Below are positions 17,320 through 26,413 of a stretch of 64,000 bases of DNA, in pieces. The stretch is taken from positions 192,001 through 256,000 of the IMG/VR virus record IMGVR_UViG_3300045988_155520; one strand, written 5' to 3'. The number at the start of each line of letters is the position of its first letter. Positions within the stretch are counted from its first letter, which is position 1. The position numbers were made by a program, and so were the translations under genes. The stretch is from a virus. The notes under the pieces were generated by a model, which was given only the letters and a program-made list of their open reading frames with translations, was not told where the DNA came from and did no database searches.

Positions 17320-17364
17320 TATATTTGACTGAATATGTATTATTCTTTTTCATAACCCTATATA

Positions 17365-17949
17365 TTAACTGAAATAAAGTAAATCAAAGAAGAATGTAAT
17401 CAAATCTTCCTTCTTCATATCTTTAATCTCAATCTTTATTTTATCATCTTCTTTCTCTCCCAATCGGACAAAATATAATTCTGTAGGTTTATTTACCAAA
17501 CTGAAATAACGTCCGCTTAATACACTTATATCGTCCGTGTGTTTAATTAATTCTTTTGTAAACTTGAAGATAATACGTTTAACATCGTCCTCCGTGTACT
17601 TATCATATCCTATAAAGAAAGATAAACTACACATGATACTATTTTTGGTTTTCTCGTCCAATTCGTGTGTAATCTCTTTAATTGCAATATTATTCCTAAA
17701 GGACCAACCATATAACCGAGCAAATACATACTCATTGTAATTCTCTCTTGCAATGACACGATTGTATTTATAATCATAATCAAAGCATATAGCAATCATA
17801 TTCCTATCTTTATCTGAAACATAAAAGCGTTTCATATTGTAGGCAAGTTTAATTACATTTACTTTGTAATTAACGTTCTCCAAAAATCCTTCAAAGTTAT
17901 TGTCTTTAATAACTTTATCCAAGATAGAATTTAAATTAGGACTTGTCAT
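17365..17949 (-). CDS. hypothetical protein
   Basis: 194-aa ORF with CATAATTAC context. Confidence 0.7.
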   Translation of the reverse strand: MTSPNLNSILDKVIKDNNFEGFLENVNYKVNVIKLAYNMKRFYVSDKDRNMIAICFDYDYKYNRVIARENYNEYVFARLYGWSFRNNIAIKEITHELDEKTKNSIMCSLSFFIGYDKYTEDDVKRIIFKFTKELIKHTDDISVLSGRYFSLVNKPTELYFVRLGEKEDDKIKIEIKDMKKEDLITFFFDLLYFS

Positions 17950-18000
17950 AATTACTTGTTTTTATTTGTTCTGTAGGACTATTCCTTTATTGTTTACGTA

Positions 18001-18035
18001 TGCAAAGGTAAGTAATTTATTTCAATTAACCAAAT
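18001..18035 (-). promoter_or_regulatory. Bacteroidota-type promoter
   Basis: rc -7 TGCAAAG at 18001-18007 and rc -33 AACCAAA at 18028-18034. Confidence 0.75.
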
Positions 18036-18058
18036 TATTTATGTTAATAAAAACAAAA

Positions 18059-18091
18059 AACCATAACTACTTATCTCAAGCGGTTATGGTT
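18059..18091 (-). terminator. terminator hairpin with conserved loop (copy 1 of 5)
   Basis: Stem AACCATAAC/GTTATGGTT, loop TACTTATCTCAAGCG. Confidence 0.75.
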
Positions 18092-18143
18092 TGACTAAAC
18101 AATTTAATAACTAAATTAATATTAACTACAAAACTTATCTATA

Positions 18144-18398
18144 CTAATCTATATTTGAGATTGAATGCCAGCCATTTTCTGTTTGTTTCCACGCAACTTC
18201 GAACTTTTCCTTCTTATCTCCAAAAGCAAGTTTAAGCACTGATACATCATTTCCAACGTCCGTTAGTGTTATCTCTGTTGCAAGTCCTCCTAACGTTTCA
18301 TTCACTCGTTCAGAAAGGATTTCTCGCTTTCTGAACTTTGCAGGTTTCCAATTCTTTAATAAGTTGGACTTTATTACATCTCTAAATGTATTACTCAT
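18144..18398 (-). CDS. hypothetical protein
   Basis: 84-aa ORF, 11 nt after the upstream gene. Confidence 0.65.
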   Translation of the reverse strand: MSNTFRDVIKSNLLKNWKPAKFRKREILSERVNETLGGLATEITLTDVGNDVSVLKLAFGDKKEKFEVAWKQTENGWHSISNID

Positions 18399-18409
18399 AA
18401 CCTTATATC

Positions 18410-18955
18410 TTACAAGTGAAAATTTGGTTTAATACGCTTATATGTATTCTCGTTTGGACACTTGTTACTTGATACAACAACGTCCGTTGCCCATGAGCTG
18501 ATAAATTTCAGTTCCCCTTCGTTAGGGTTGTAATCGTGGCACTTATCATAACTCAACTTGGTAAGGATAGGTAGTGGGTGCACAATCATATCCTTAACAT
18601 TTGGACAATCTTCAATGTCGACAAATTCCTTCTTTGTCTTATTGATAAAGTAACGGTACTCATTTGCTTTCAAGTCCTTTACATTCTCGTCAGTATTATT
18701 GATACGTGCAATATCCCAATGGTTATATTTTCCGTCTACCTCGTCCGCATAGTCACCTGCCCATACCATAGGATAACCTTTATACTTTCCGTCCTCATCA
18801 TTAATAAGAGTAGCAAAGGTATTAACAAATATATTACCCACGTAAGAATGTTCCATTAACTTGGAACCGCAGTTTAAGTCATGTGAGTGCAATGATGCAA
18901 TTACTTTTTTACTATCTTTTTTGTCAATAATGATAGGTTTAAAATATTGTCCCAT
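18410..18955 (-). CDS. hypothetical protein
   Basis: 181-aa ORF (MGQYFKPIIIDKKDSKK...LMEHSYVGNIFVN...VWAGDYAD) with CATAATTC context. Confidence 0.75.
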   Translation of the reverse strand: MGQYFKPIIIDKKDSKKVIASLHSHDLNCGSKLMEHSYVGNIFVNTFATLINDEDGKYKGYPMVWAGDYADEVDGKYNHWDIARINNTDENVKDLKANEYRYFINKTKKEFVDIEDCPNVKDMIVHPLPILTKLSYDKCHDYNPNEGELKFISSWATDVVVSSNKCPNENTYKRIKPNFHL

Positions 18956-18990
18956 AATTCTTAAATGTTTTGTTTGTTTTTAAATGATAG

Positions 18991-19025
18991 TGCAAAGATA
19001 AGCAATTATCATTACACTACCAAAT
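18991..19025 (-). promoter_or_regulatory. Bacteroidota-type promoter
   Basis: rc -7 TGCAAAG at 18991-18997 and rc -33 ACCAAA at 19019-19024. Confidence 0.75.
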
Positions 19026-19037
19026 AATTTTGTCTGT

Positions 19038-19376
19038 TTAACTTTTATTTAACATATTGCGGTACTTTGGATTTCCATAAAACAAAGCAATATGATAATA
19101 ATCAACCACACCACACATCCCTTCAATTCCCTTAATATCTTTTTCGGAAAGGTCTATTTTACGTGGATATTCCAAGATAATACTATCTTTGTCCGTCTTA
19201 GTTTCGGGAACTCCATTTACAATATTTACCTCCTCTGCAATTCCGTCTTTAAACAACATTTTGAACTCGTGTTCAGTACGTGGGTTTTTGTCATTAAAGA
19301 AAGGACCATATCCCATATTGATAAGAGTTTCGTCACAAATATAGATAGTGTCCCAATAACTTTCTAATACTTCCAT
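19038..19376 (-). CDS. hypothetical protein
   Basis: 112-aa ORF, 15 nt after the upstream gene. Confidence 0.7.
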   Translation of the reverse strand: MEVLESYWDTIYICDETLINMGYGPFFNDKNPRTEHEFKMLFKDGIAEEVNIVNGVPETKTDKDSIILEYPRKIDLSEKDIKGIEGMCGVVDYYHIALFYGNPKYRNMLNKS

Positions 19377-19391
19377 AATGCTTATTATTTA

Positions 19392-19688
19392 TTATAAAGA
19401 TGTTTCAAGTATAGCATTATAAACATTCATTTGACTAATACTATCGCATTTTTCGATAGATGTTTGTTCCCATTCATTCATACTATCATCTGTCATTAAG
19501 TCAACACAAATGTCATTACCAACAACAAAGGCTCTTATAACGGGATAATATTCTTTATCGCTTTCAATATAAGCCATAGCAGGAATATTCTCAACAAGTG
19601 CATATCCGTCTTCGTCAATAAAGCGCACTTCTTGTAAATCGTTATTTTTAAAAAAACGTATTACTCTTTGTTTAATTTCATTGTTCAT
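19392..19688 (-). CDS. hypothetical protein, paralog of 24061-24375
   Basis: IKQRVIRFFKNNDLQEVRFIDEDGYALVENIPAMAY versus LFRKHAISLMKANDIKELTFISNEGEWLIEDVPYVLC. Confidence 0.7.
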   Translation of the reverse strand: MNNEIKQRVIRFFKNNDLQEVRFIDEDGYALVENIPAMAYIESDKEYYPVIRAFVVGNDICVDLMTDDSMNEWEQTSIEKCDSISQMNVYNAILETSL

Positions 19689-19740
19689 AATTCTTAATGT
19701 TTTTAATTTGTTTGTTATTGAAATACATCTGCAAATTTAA

Positions 19741-19772
19741 CAAGGAAAATTTATATATTTGGATTTTCCTTG
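19741..19772 (-). terminator. hairpin terminator
   Basis: CAAGGAAAAT pairs with ATTTTCCTTG (perfect 10 bp) after the stop of 19789-20502. Confidence 0.8.
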
Positions 19773-19788
19773 TTAAATTATGTTTAGT

Positions 19789-20502
19789 TTAAGAATATAA
19801 TTTTTCTACAAATTCTATTACGTTTTTATAGAAGTTATAATATTTCTCACCACGTAATTTTGCAAAATCTAAAATTTCGTCCTTTGTTCCGTTGATAAAG
19901 AGCGTGGACCATTGATTATTAGAACGTGTATAAACAAAAGTGTGACCACCTTCCCAATTTTCATGACCTACATAGTAGTCAGCAGGTGACATTATTTTTG
20001 CATCACTAATAAAGCGTACAAAATCGTATATATAAGCGTCACCACAAACAATTGCATTATCTCTCACCAAGCAAGTACCTATTAAATTTGCATTGTCACA
20101 AACTTGTGCATTATCTAATAGAAGGGAATTACCATACACTTGTGCGTTATCCTTAACAATAGAACAACCTTCCATACGTGCGTTATTAAACACACGTGCG
20201 TTATCTTTAACTTTAGAATGTCCTCTTACTTGTGCATTACCAAATACCACTGCATTGCCACAAACTTGTGCAAAGCCGTCTATTATACCATTACCAAATA
20301 CCTTTGCATTGTCGTAAACTTTTCCGTCCAAGAATATCCAACAATTGCCTTCTTGTGAAAGATTATCTTCTTTCTCAATAAAACCACCTATACTACCCTT
20401 CTTGACATTTCCAAAGTCTTTAAGAGCCTCAACTCGATAAAGTTTGTGTCCGTCAAATGTATAACTTAAATCTTTTCTGATTTTATATTTCTTTGTTTCC
20501 AT
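19789..20502 (-). CDS. beta-helix-like repeat protein (family BH, 1 of 4)
   Basis: N-terminus KYKIRKDLSYTFDGHKLYRVEALKDFGNVKKGSIGGFIEKEDNLSQEGNCW, then repeats VFGNAQVRGHSKVKDNARVFNNARMEG...DNAQVYGNS...DNAQVCDNA. Confidence 0.8.
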   Translation of the reverse strand: METKKYKIRKDLSYTFDGHKLYRVEALKDFGNVKKGSIGGFIEKEDNLSQEGNCWIFLDGKVYDNAKVFGNGIIDGFAQVCGNAVVFGNAQVRGHSKVKDNARVFNNARMEGCSIVKDNAQVYGNSLLLDNAQVCDNANLIGTCLVRDNAIVCGDAYIYDFVRFISDAKIMSPADYYVGHENWEGGHTFVYTRSNNQWSTLFINGTKDEILDFAKLRGEKYYNFYKNVIEFVEKLYS

Positions 20503-20530
20503 AATTCTAATTTGTTTATTAATTTATGAT

Positions 20531-20566
20531 TGCAAAGTTAAATAATTAATTTCAATCTACCAAAGA
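20531..20566 (-). promoter_or_regulatory. Bacteroidota-type promoter
   Basis: rc -7 TGCAAAG at 20531-20537 and rc -33 ACCAAAG at 20559-20565. TTAAC x2 at 20578-20582 and 20589-20593. Confidence 0.75.
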
Positions 20567-20607
20567 AAATTACTAATTTAACATATAATTAACATTAAGT
20601 GCCTTTT

Positions 20608-20647
20608 GTGTATTATATATAATATATTACGCATACACATGAAGGAA
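20608..20647. repeat. intergenic-block core, orientation B
   Basis: GTGTATTATATATAATATATTACGCATACACATGAAGGA. Confidence 0.8.
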
Positions 20648-20761
20648 AAAATAAACTTATTCTAAAGCGTTCTAACCGCTTATTTTAGTGTTTATCTTAT
20701 AAGTTATCAAGTTTATATATCCAAGTCGTCAGAAACGAAATAAAGTGACAATAAATAGAAA

Positions 20762-20792
20762 AGTGGTACTACTTATCCCAAGCAATACCACT
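20762..20792 (-). terminator. terminator hairpin with conserved loop (copy 2 of 5)
   Basis: Stem AGTGGTA/TACCACT, loop CTACTTATCCCAAGCAA. Confidence 0.75.
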
Positions 20793-20825
20793 ATTAGCAT
20801 AAAAACAATTTATATTTAATAAGAT

Positions 20826-21347
20826 TTATTTCTTGTCATCAATTCCATAAACCTTCTTTACAAAAGGACGGATACTCTTTGTAGCCTTCTTAAATTGCTT
20901 TAGGTTCATTCCTCCGCACGCAATTTTGTTCATAATGTCATAGGCTCTCTTTTCAGTGTCCACGTATCTATACAATACGTTGTTTGTTCCGTCATGATGT
21001 ACACCCCTAAATCGTACATTCCACTCGTCCAAGTACCACTCGCACTCATCACATGATGTGTTCTGTAGAATGTCTGAAATGTCGTTGTACACCTTTGATG
21101 CAACACGTACACCATTCCATAGTCCAAGTTCTGCAAACGCTACTACATACCCCTTAAAATTAGTATATTTTTCAGAAAGATTATCTCTTTCGTCATCAAT
21201 GTACATATTATTTGTTTCGTCAATAACTCTCATTACGTTATTGTCTGAAAGGTCATTGAAGTTTTGTTCACGCATATATTCACGTGTTTCCTTCATTGTT
21301 TCCTCATCATAGAGGTCAATGTTTGTCCAAATTAAGCAACGTTTCAT
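20826..21347 (-). CDS. hypothetical protein
   Basis: 173-aa ORF with CATAATTCTAATTG context. Confidence 0.75.
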   Translation of the reverse strand: MKRCLIWTNIDLYDEETMKETREYMREQNFNDLSDNNVMRVIDETNNMYIDDERDNLSEKYTNFKGYVVAFAELGLWNGVRVASKVYNDISDILQNTSCDECEWYLDEWNVRFRGVHHDGTNNVLYRYVDTEKRAYDIMNKIACGGMNLKQFKKATKSIRPFVKKVYGIDDKK

Positions 21348-21398
21348 AATTCTAATTGTTTTAATTAAATTGTGTCAGCAATATCACTGATTTACATT

Positions 21399-21433
21399 TG
21401 CAAAAGTACGTATTTATTTTGACTTGTGCAAAT
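21399..21433 (-). promoter_or_regulatory. Bacteroidota-type promoter
   Basis: rc -7 TGCAAAAG at 21399-21406 and rc -33 GTGCAAA at 21426-21432. Confidence 0.7.
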
Positions 21434-21463
21434 TTTTAATATTTATAAATGTTAATCGAATTA

Positions 21464-21808
21464 TTATTTGTATATACTTAAGATGTTGAGAGTTTTAATA
21501 AACTCGTTCTGTAGTGTTTCTGATGCGTCTATACTTCGAACACTCCATGCAATAGGCTCGTTATCATCACACTCTCCACTCTTCCAATCGTGCAACTCAA
21601 ATAACTTCTCATTAACACTAATAACCCACGTGTAATGTATCTCTTTATCTTTACTTAATTTGTCCTTTGTCGGTTCTCCAAATACACTTTCTAAAACACT
21701 CTTCGCAATAGGTTTTGTTTGCGTAATAAATGTTGTACAAGTGTCGGGAATGTTATCCTCCTTCTGATATACTTCAATTTGAAGGTTATTAATATTTACT
21801 TGTTTCAT
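21464..21808 (-). CDS. hypothetical protein
   Basis: 114-aa ORF, 4 nt after the upstream gene. Confidence 0.7.
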   Translation of the reverse strand: MKQVNINNLQIEVYQKEDNIPDTCTTFITQTKPIAKSVLESVFGEPTKDKLSKDKEIHYTWVISVNEKLFELHDWKSGECDDNEPIAWSVRSIDASETLQNEFIKTLNILSIYK

Positions 21809-21812
21809 AATC

Positions 21813-22103
21813 TTAAACTAATATGTTAGTAAAAACTTTTTCGCACATATCATCTGATAATACACTATCTTCTGATGATGTAACCATTTCTCCATTAAGT
21901 AAATTAGTGGACGTAAAATAGAATTTATCTGTCTTCTTGTTATAAGAAACTCTTTTTACAGCACACATATAAACATCTTGATGATTAATTGATAATACTT
22001 CAATGTATGGACGTTCATTCAATTTCCTATCACTAAAATCTACAATGAACGTACGATTCTTTTTCATACGTGCGATAGCTTTCTTTCTATTATCTTGATA
22101 CAT
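21813..22103 (-). CDS. hypothetical protein, paralog of 25765-26097
   Basis: DNRKKAIARMKKNRTFIVDFSDRKLNERPYIEVLS versus QDRKDAINRMEKFNTFEVDFTIIVRSSRPSIRVVG. Confidence 0.7.
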   Translation of the reverse strand: MYQDNRKKAIARMKKNRTFIVDFSDRKLNERPYIEVLSINHQDVYMCAVKRVSYNKKTDKFYFTSTNLLNGEMVTSSEDSVLSDDMCEKVFTNILV

Positions 22104-22137
22104 AATTCTATTTGTTTAATTTTTTGTAAAGTGTGTA

Positions 22138-22362
22138 TTACTTTCTGTTTCGCTTTTGTAAACAAGTTGTAACATAATCAAATAGTTTATCTTCATTTAT
22201 GTTACCTTCCTTGTCTTCAAAGTCCGACAACGTTTTACCTTCAAACTGATATACACTATCTTTATCAGTGTTAATACCGAAATCTAAAGTAACTTTTATT
22301 CCTTTTATATTTGCACATGAATAATTCTTTATTGCACACGCACCAATTCTAACTTCTTTCAT
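22138..22362 (-). CDS. hypothetical protein
   Basis: 74-aa ORF with CATAATTCTATTTG context, downstream of the promoter at 22389. Confidence 0.7.
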   Translation of the reverse strand: MKEVRIGACAIKNYSCANIKGIKVTLDFGINTDKDSVYQFEGKTLSDFEDKEGNINEDKLFDYVTTCLQKRNRK

Positions 22363-22388
22363 AATTCTATTTGTTATTGATTTATATT

Positions 22389-22423
22389 TGCAAAGTTAAT
22401 GATATAAATCGAATATACAAAAT
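22389..22423 (-). promoter_or_regulatory. Bacteroidota-type promoter
   Basis: rc -7 TGCAAAG at 22389-22395 and rc -33 TACAAAA at 22416-22422. Confidence 0.7.
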
Positions 22424-22455
22424 TATTATAGTTAAACAAAGTTAATACATAAAAA

Positions 22456-22487
22456 TAACCGACATGACATTTGTTTCGTGTCGGTTA
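22456..22487 (-). terminator. hairpin terminator
   Basis: TAACCGACA pairs with TGTCGGTTA after the stop of 22501-22854. Confidence 0.8.
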
Positions 22488-22500
22488 TAAATTATGTCTT

Positions 22501-22854
22501 TTATATAGACATTTTCAAATAATCATTTACGTAATTCATAGTTTCTTTGTCTTCAAATATTTTATCACGATACTTGTTTACTAACTCAAGTGCCTCATTA
22601 TCGGTAACACTTTTAATATTATAATCTTTATCGCACGTATAAAAATTATGTCTAGTATTGAAGTTTATAAAGTTAAGTTGTTTTTTGAAATCTTTTCTAT
22701 TAAAGGAATGTACCCACTGACCATAATCACACATAGGGTGTAAAAATATTTCTTCATTATTATTGTTAGCAAATGTATTGTGTATAAAAATTTTCTCTTC
22801 AAGTTGAAGGGTGTCAAAAATTCTATTGAATCTTTTAAAATCTATATTAATCAT
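22501..22854 (-). CDS. hypothetical protein, paralog of the C-half of 22891-23532
   Basis: FIHNTFANNN...FYTCDKDYNIKSVTDNEALELVNKYRD versus LIHNEYALFN...YFVCDKERNTKSLTRREASDITFKYLT. Confidence 0.7.
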   Translation of the reverse strand: MINIDFKRFNRIFDTLQLEEKIFIHNTFANNNNEEIFLHPMCDYGQWVHSFNRKDFKKQLNFINFNTRHNFYTCDKDYNIKSVTDNEALELVNKYRDKIFEDKETMNYVNDYLKMSI

Positions 22855-22890
22855 AACTTTATTTTTAAATGTTACTTAAAAGTGTACTTA

Positions 22891-23532
22891 TTATTTATCT
22901 CCAAACAAGATAGGATATTTTTCATGTAATTTTTTCATAAAGTTAATATCATAATACATTTCAGTTAGATATTTGAAAGTTATATCTGATGCCTCCCTTC
23001 TTGTCAAACTCTTTGTATTCCTTTCTTTGTCACATACAAAGTATTTACTTTTTTTGTTAAACTTATCTTCACAAATTAATGGTTTCTTTCCACACTCAAT
23101 CTCCATATTTTTAAAAATATCGAAATATTCCATAGGGATTAGATAATCATCTACAGCGTTAAATAACGCATATTCATTGTGTATCAAAGTTCTTTCCTTA
23201 ACACTTAAAGTTTTAAATCTTTCCTCAAATTCATAAGGATATACGTTATTAAGAAAGTTTCTCTTAATACAATTGAATACCTCCCATTTAGAGTATGTAT
23301 CAATATCCATATCATTAAGAATATAATTGTTACCGCAATATGTTACGTAATATAGTAATCTATCATAATCGAAACAATCATCTATTATCACTTTATTAAC
23401 GGAAACATTGCAATAGTTTCCGTTAAAATCGGCACAAACTTCGGGTACATCATTTTTAAAGACGAATCCCTTTATATTATTCCTTCTCATAAAAGACATA
23501 AGGAAATATTTAAATTCTTCTCTATTATTCAT
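22891..23532 (-). CDS. hypothetical protein
   Basis: 213-aa ORF with CATAATTCTTATTTG context. Confidence 0.75.
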   Translation of the reverse strand: MNNREEFKYFLMSFMRRNNIKGFVFKNDVPEVCADFNGNYCNVSVNKVIIDDCFDYDRLLYYVTYCGNNYILNDMDIDTYSKWEVFNCIKRNFLNNVYPYEFEERFKTLSVKERTLIHNEYALFNAVDDYLIPMEYFDIFKNMEIECGKKPLICEDKFNKKSKYFVCDKERNTKSLTRREASDITFKYLTEMYYDINFMKKLHEKYPILFGDK

Positions 23533-23559
23533 AATTCTTATTTGTTATTAATTTATGTA

Positions 23560-23594
23560 TGCAAAAATAACAATAAACTTTCAAATAAACAAAT
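23560..23594 (-). promoter_or_regulatory. Bacteroidota-type promoter
   Basis: rc -7 TGCAAAA at 23560-23566 and rc -33 ACAAA at 23589-23593. TTAAC x2 at 23607-23611 and 23618-23622. Confidence 0.65.
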
Positions 23595-23653
23595 AAAAAT
23601 CTATATTTAACATATAATTAACTTTATTACTCTTGAGATATTATTTCGATATG

Positions 23654-23687
23654 CTATATATAATATATTACGCATACGCATGAAGGA
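23654..23687. repeat. intergenic-block core, orientation B
   Basis: CTATATATAATATATTACGCATACGCATGAAGGA, followed by GCGTTTTAAGCGTG at 23709-23722. Confidence 0.8.
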
Positions 23688-23846
23688 TATACAGTTAAAC
23701 CATAATTTGCGTTTTAAGCGTGTTTTATAGTCACTTTCTTATAACTTGTCAAGAATATAATTTAAGTCCGTCAAACACAAAATAAAACCCCACCAACGCA
23801 ATGTATTATATTACGTTGATAGGATTAAATTATGAAAGTATTTATT

Positions 23847-24071
23847 TTAATTGTTTTCGTCTTCTATCTTTTCAATTTCATAAGAATAAGCGGTTCTTTC
23901 CTCCCACCCATTTTTAATGTAAATTTCACTATCCCCTGCCACACCATTATCTCTCATTCTGAAAATAACCCATGTCAGTTCATTATCACCTTCACAGAAA
24001 CTTTCACTATCACTATTATAGCGTACCGAATCTCCGCAATAAAGTTCCTTTCCGTTCTTATCAGTTACCAT
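23847..24071 (-). CDS. hypothetical protein
   Basis: 74-aa ORF overlapping the upstream gene by 11 nt. The antisense ORF 23832-24104 is low-complexity. Confidence 0.6.
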   Translation of the reverse strand: MVTDKNGKELYCGDSVRYNSDSESFCEGDNELTWVIFRMRDNGVAGDSEIYIKNGWEERTAYSYEIEKIEDENN

Positions 24072-24375
24072 TTCCCAATTCCTTGTTTATGTCTTCTATT
24101 ATAGTTGAGTAAACATATTCCATTGTGTTATATAATGGGTCGTACTCGTTTAATCTATAAACATCATCACAATCATTTACAATAATTTGCAATTTATCAT
24201 CATCATTCAAGATGACTTTACTAACTGCCAAATCTAAAATATCTTCTTTTACTTGACAAAGAACATAAGGCACATCTTCGATTAACCATTCGCCTTCATT
24301 ACTGATAAACGTTAATTCTTTAATATCATTTGCTTTCATTAAAGAAATTGCGTGTTTTCTAAATAGTCCGTTCAT
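24061..24375 (-). CDS. hypothetical protein, paralog of 19392-19688
   Basis: See 19392-19688. CATAATTCTATTATTT context. Confidence 0.7.
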   Translation of the reverse strand: MNGLFRKHAISLMKANDIKELTFISNEGEWLIEDVPYVLCQVKEDILDLAVSKVILNDDDKLQIIVNDCDDVYRLNEYDPLYNTMEYVYSTIIEDINKELGNGN

Positions 24376-24402
24376 AATTCTATTATTTAAATTTGTTTGT
24401 TC

Positions 24403-24765
24403 TTACTTAATTTCGAATAGTGTTGAGAGTTTCTTAAGTTCATTCTTAATCCACATAGTATCTTCCAATACGTCCTTCAATTCATAGGGTGCACCATTCT
24501 TTCCGTGTCCGTCCCAATCAAGCCAAATGTAAGTTTCATATGATACATCATAACTCTCGTCATATTCTTTGAATGTTTTATAAATTTGTTCCTTTGTAGT
24601 GTTGTCCTTAAACTCGTACTCAAAAACAATATCACGTCCTGTAGGCGACCATTTTTCAATCGAAAGTTCAACTTGTTTCTCTTTTTCGTTGATTGTCGTG
24701 CTAACCTTCCACTCTGTATCTTTTAACTTATTCTCAAAATACTTTTCAATATTAACTAAATTCAT
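24403..24765 (-). CDS. hypothetical protein
   Basis: 120-aa ORF with CATAATTCTTAAATG context. Confidence 0.7.
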   Translation of the reverse strand: MNLVNIEKYFENKLKDTEWKVSTTINEKEKQVELSIEKWSPTGRDIVFEYEFKDNTTKEQIYKTFKEYDESYDVSYETYIWLDWDGHGKNGAPYELKDVLEDTMWIKNELKKLSTLFEIK

Positions 24766-24806
24766 AATTCTTAAATGTTTTAATTGTTAATGTTTTGAAT
24801 AACTGA

Positions 24807-24841
24807 TGCAAAGGTACAAATAAGTTTTTTATTATGCAAGT
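24807..24841 (-). promoter_or_regulatory. Bacteroidota-type promoter
   Basis: rc -7 TGCAAAG at 24807-24813 and rc -33 TGCAAG at 24835-24840. Confidence 0.65.
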
Positions 24842-24894
24842 AAAATTAAGTATTTAACATTTAATTAACATATCTATAATTTTAGATGTAAACC

Positions 24895-24935
24895 AAAGAA
24901 GATAAGCAATTATTCTCAAACTACTTACCTTCTTT
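24895..24935 (-). terminator. hairpin terminator
   Basis: AAAGAAGATAAG pairs with CTTACCTTCTTT (one mismatch) after the stop of 24942-25466. Confidence 0.7.
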
Positions 24936-24941
24936 GTTCAC

Positions 24942-25466
24942 TTATTTTTTACAACACAACTCTTGTATCTTGTCATAAAAGTTTTTCTCAAACTTATCAA
25001 AATTATTCAAAAAGTACTCCATATCATTTATTACGTCTTGAGGATATGGATATTCAAAAATATCTATTTTGTTCCAAAAAGTGCCGTAAAATACACCTTC
25101 CTGAGAAATCATAAGATTTTTTGGATTCTCTGTGCTACCGTTTTCCACACCGATATATTTTATTCTTTCTTTCTCATCATCATCACCTATAATTGCATAA
25201 CAACTAAGAAAACCTAATTTTTCATCCCAACCATTAGCAATTGCACATAAAGTACGTGTTTTATCACTTTCCTTTAATTTACTATGTTTAAGTGTACTAA
25301 CAAGCAAAAATCTATGCTTTATCAAATGATTTGCAGTATCTATCAAATCTATAATTCTATCACCCAAAGAAAGAATTTTATCTCTCAATGAAAACATTTT
25401 CTCCTTCTGTTTGTACTCTTCACTCTGCTTGTAAGCGTTGGCAATTTCGTTTTCAAACTTAATCAT
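24942..25466 (-). CDS. hypothetical protein
   Basis: 174-aa ORF with CATAATTCTAAATTG context. Confidence 0.75.
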   Translation of the reverse strand: MIKFENEIANAYKQSEEYKQKEKMFSLRDKILSLGDRIIDLIDTANHLIKHRFLLVSTLKHSKLKESDKTRTLCAIANGWDEKLGFLSCYAIIGDDDEKERIKYIGVENGSTENPKNLMISQEGVFYGTFWNKIDIFEYPYPQDVINDMEYFLNNFDKFEKNFYDKIQELCCKK

Positions 25467-25518
25467 AATTCTAAATTGTTTTAAATTGTTTGTTTCAGCA
25501 ATATTACTGATTTATGCT

Positions 25519-25553
25519 TGCAAATGTAAGGATAAAAATTCAAATACGCAAGT
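25519..25553 (-). promoter_or_regulatory. Bacteroidota-type promoter
   Basis: rc -7 TGCAAAT at 25519-25525 and rc -33 CGCAAG at 25547-25552. Confidence 0.6.
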
Positions 25554-25600
25554 AAATTTCTTATTTTAACTTTTAATTAACATTTGAATGATTATAGAAG

Positions 25601-25630
25601 ATTATATAATATACACATACGCATGAATGA
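25601..25630. repeat. intergenic-block core, orientation B
   Basis: ATTATATAATATACACATACGCATGAATGA, followed by GCGTTTTAAGACGT at 25642-25655. Confidence 0.75.
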
Positions 25631-25720
25631 ATCTAATATATGCGTTTTAAGACGTTTAAATAATAGTAACCTTATATGTACCTATAAAGTTGAATATAAG
25701 CTATTAGATAACAAAAGAAA

Positions 25721-25756
25721 ACCTCATAAAGGTATTTGTATATTCCTTCATGAGGT
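25721..25756 (-). terminator. hairpin terminator
   Basis: ACCTCATAAAGG pairs with CCTTCATGAGGT after the stop of 25765-26097. Confidence 0.75.
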
Positions 25757-25764
25757 AACTATGT

Positions 25765-26097
25765 TTATATTTTCTTGTACACTGATATATTGATATAATT
25801 CAACACTTCATTAAATACAAAATCGCACATAGAATAAGAAAACTCATCTTCATTTAATCTCTTTTCTATTCGTGTGTTGTATGTTTCGTATTTCAAAGTA
25901 AATACGTCTTTATTTTTATCATATTGTACTTCATTTATTATGATTGTACATACACACCCTTCACCAACAACCCTTATAGAAGGGCGTGAACTTCTTACTA
26001 TGATAGTAAAATCAACTTCAAACGTATTGAATTTTTCCATACGATTTATAGCATCTTTCCTATCTTGTTCTATGTATGTCTTATATATTCCCTCCAT
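25765..26097 (-). CDS. hypothetical protein, paralog of 21813-22103
   Basis: See 21813-22103. Confidence 0.7.
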   Translation of the reverse strand: MEGIYKTYIEQDRKDAINRMEKFNTFEVDFTIIVRSSRPSIRVVGEGCVCTIIINEVQYDKNKDVFTLKYETYNTRIEKRLNEDEFSYSMCDFVFNEVLNYINISVYKKI

Positions 26098-26172
26098 TAT
26101 TGTTTATTTTATTATGTAATACAATCATATTTACTTGTTTTATTCATTTGCAAGTATATTAACTTGTTTTAC

Positions 26173-26397
26173 TTACTTTGCTGTAATTGTTACCTTTGTA
26201 AGTTTCAACCACTGATATCCTAAAGCACTTTTACGCTTTTTATTTGCGCACGCTGCAATATTTCCAATGGTTGCACGATTGTTACTTCCTAAAGCAATTG
26301 CAGCCTCCGTGCATGAATTATAACGTGCAATTACTTTGCCGTCCTTCACTTGTGCAACGGCTACTGATTGATATTTCTTTTTCTTATTTTCTCCCAT
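26173..26397 (-). CDS. stand-alone NUMOD1/IENR1-like DNA-binding protein (homing-endonuclease-type HTH module, no nuclease domain)
   Basis: VAVAQVKDGKVIARYNSCTEAAIALGSNNRATIGNIAACANKKRKSALGYQWLKL fits the pattern V-Q-d-G-i-f-S-eAA-lG-I-c-gkRk-GY-W. Confidence 0.45.
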   Translation of the reverse strand: MGENKKKKYQSVAVAQVKDGKVIARYNSCTEAAIALGSNNRATIGNIAACANKKRKSALGYQWLKLTKVTITAK

Positions 26398-26413
26398 ATT
26401 ATTGTCCTTCCTT

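Noticed and set aside
20638-20664. Tiny peptides starting at the ATGAAGGA of the intergenic-block core (MKEKINLF, MKDIQLNH..., MKELSNMK, MKD)
   Set aside because: Length and sequence are not conserved between copies, and the inverted copies (14239, 27439) have ACG or CACG instead of ATG.
25584-25793. Forward ORF of 69 aa inside an intergenic block
   Set aside because: It lies entirely within the recurring inter-operon block, spanning the core, the ACGT-TTAA-ACGT motif and a terminator hairpin. The equivalent positions in other copies give 3-16-codon ORFs or none, so the reading frame is not conserved.
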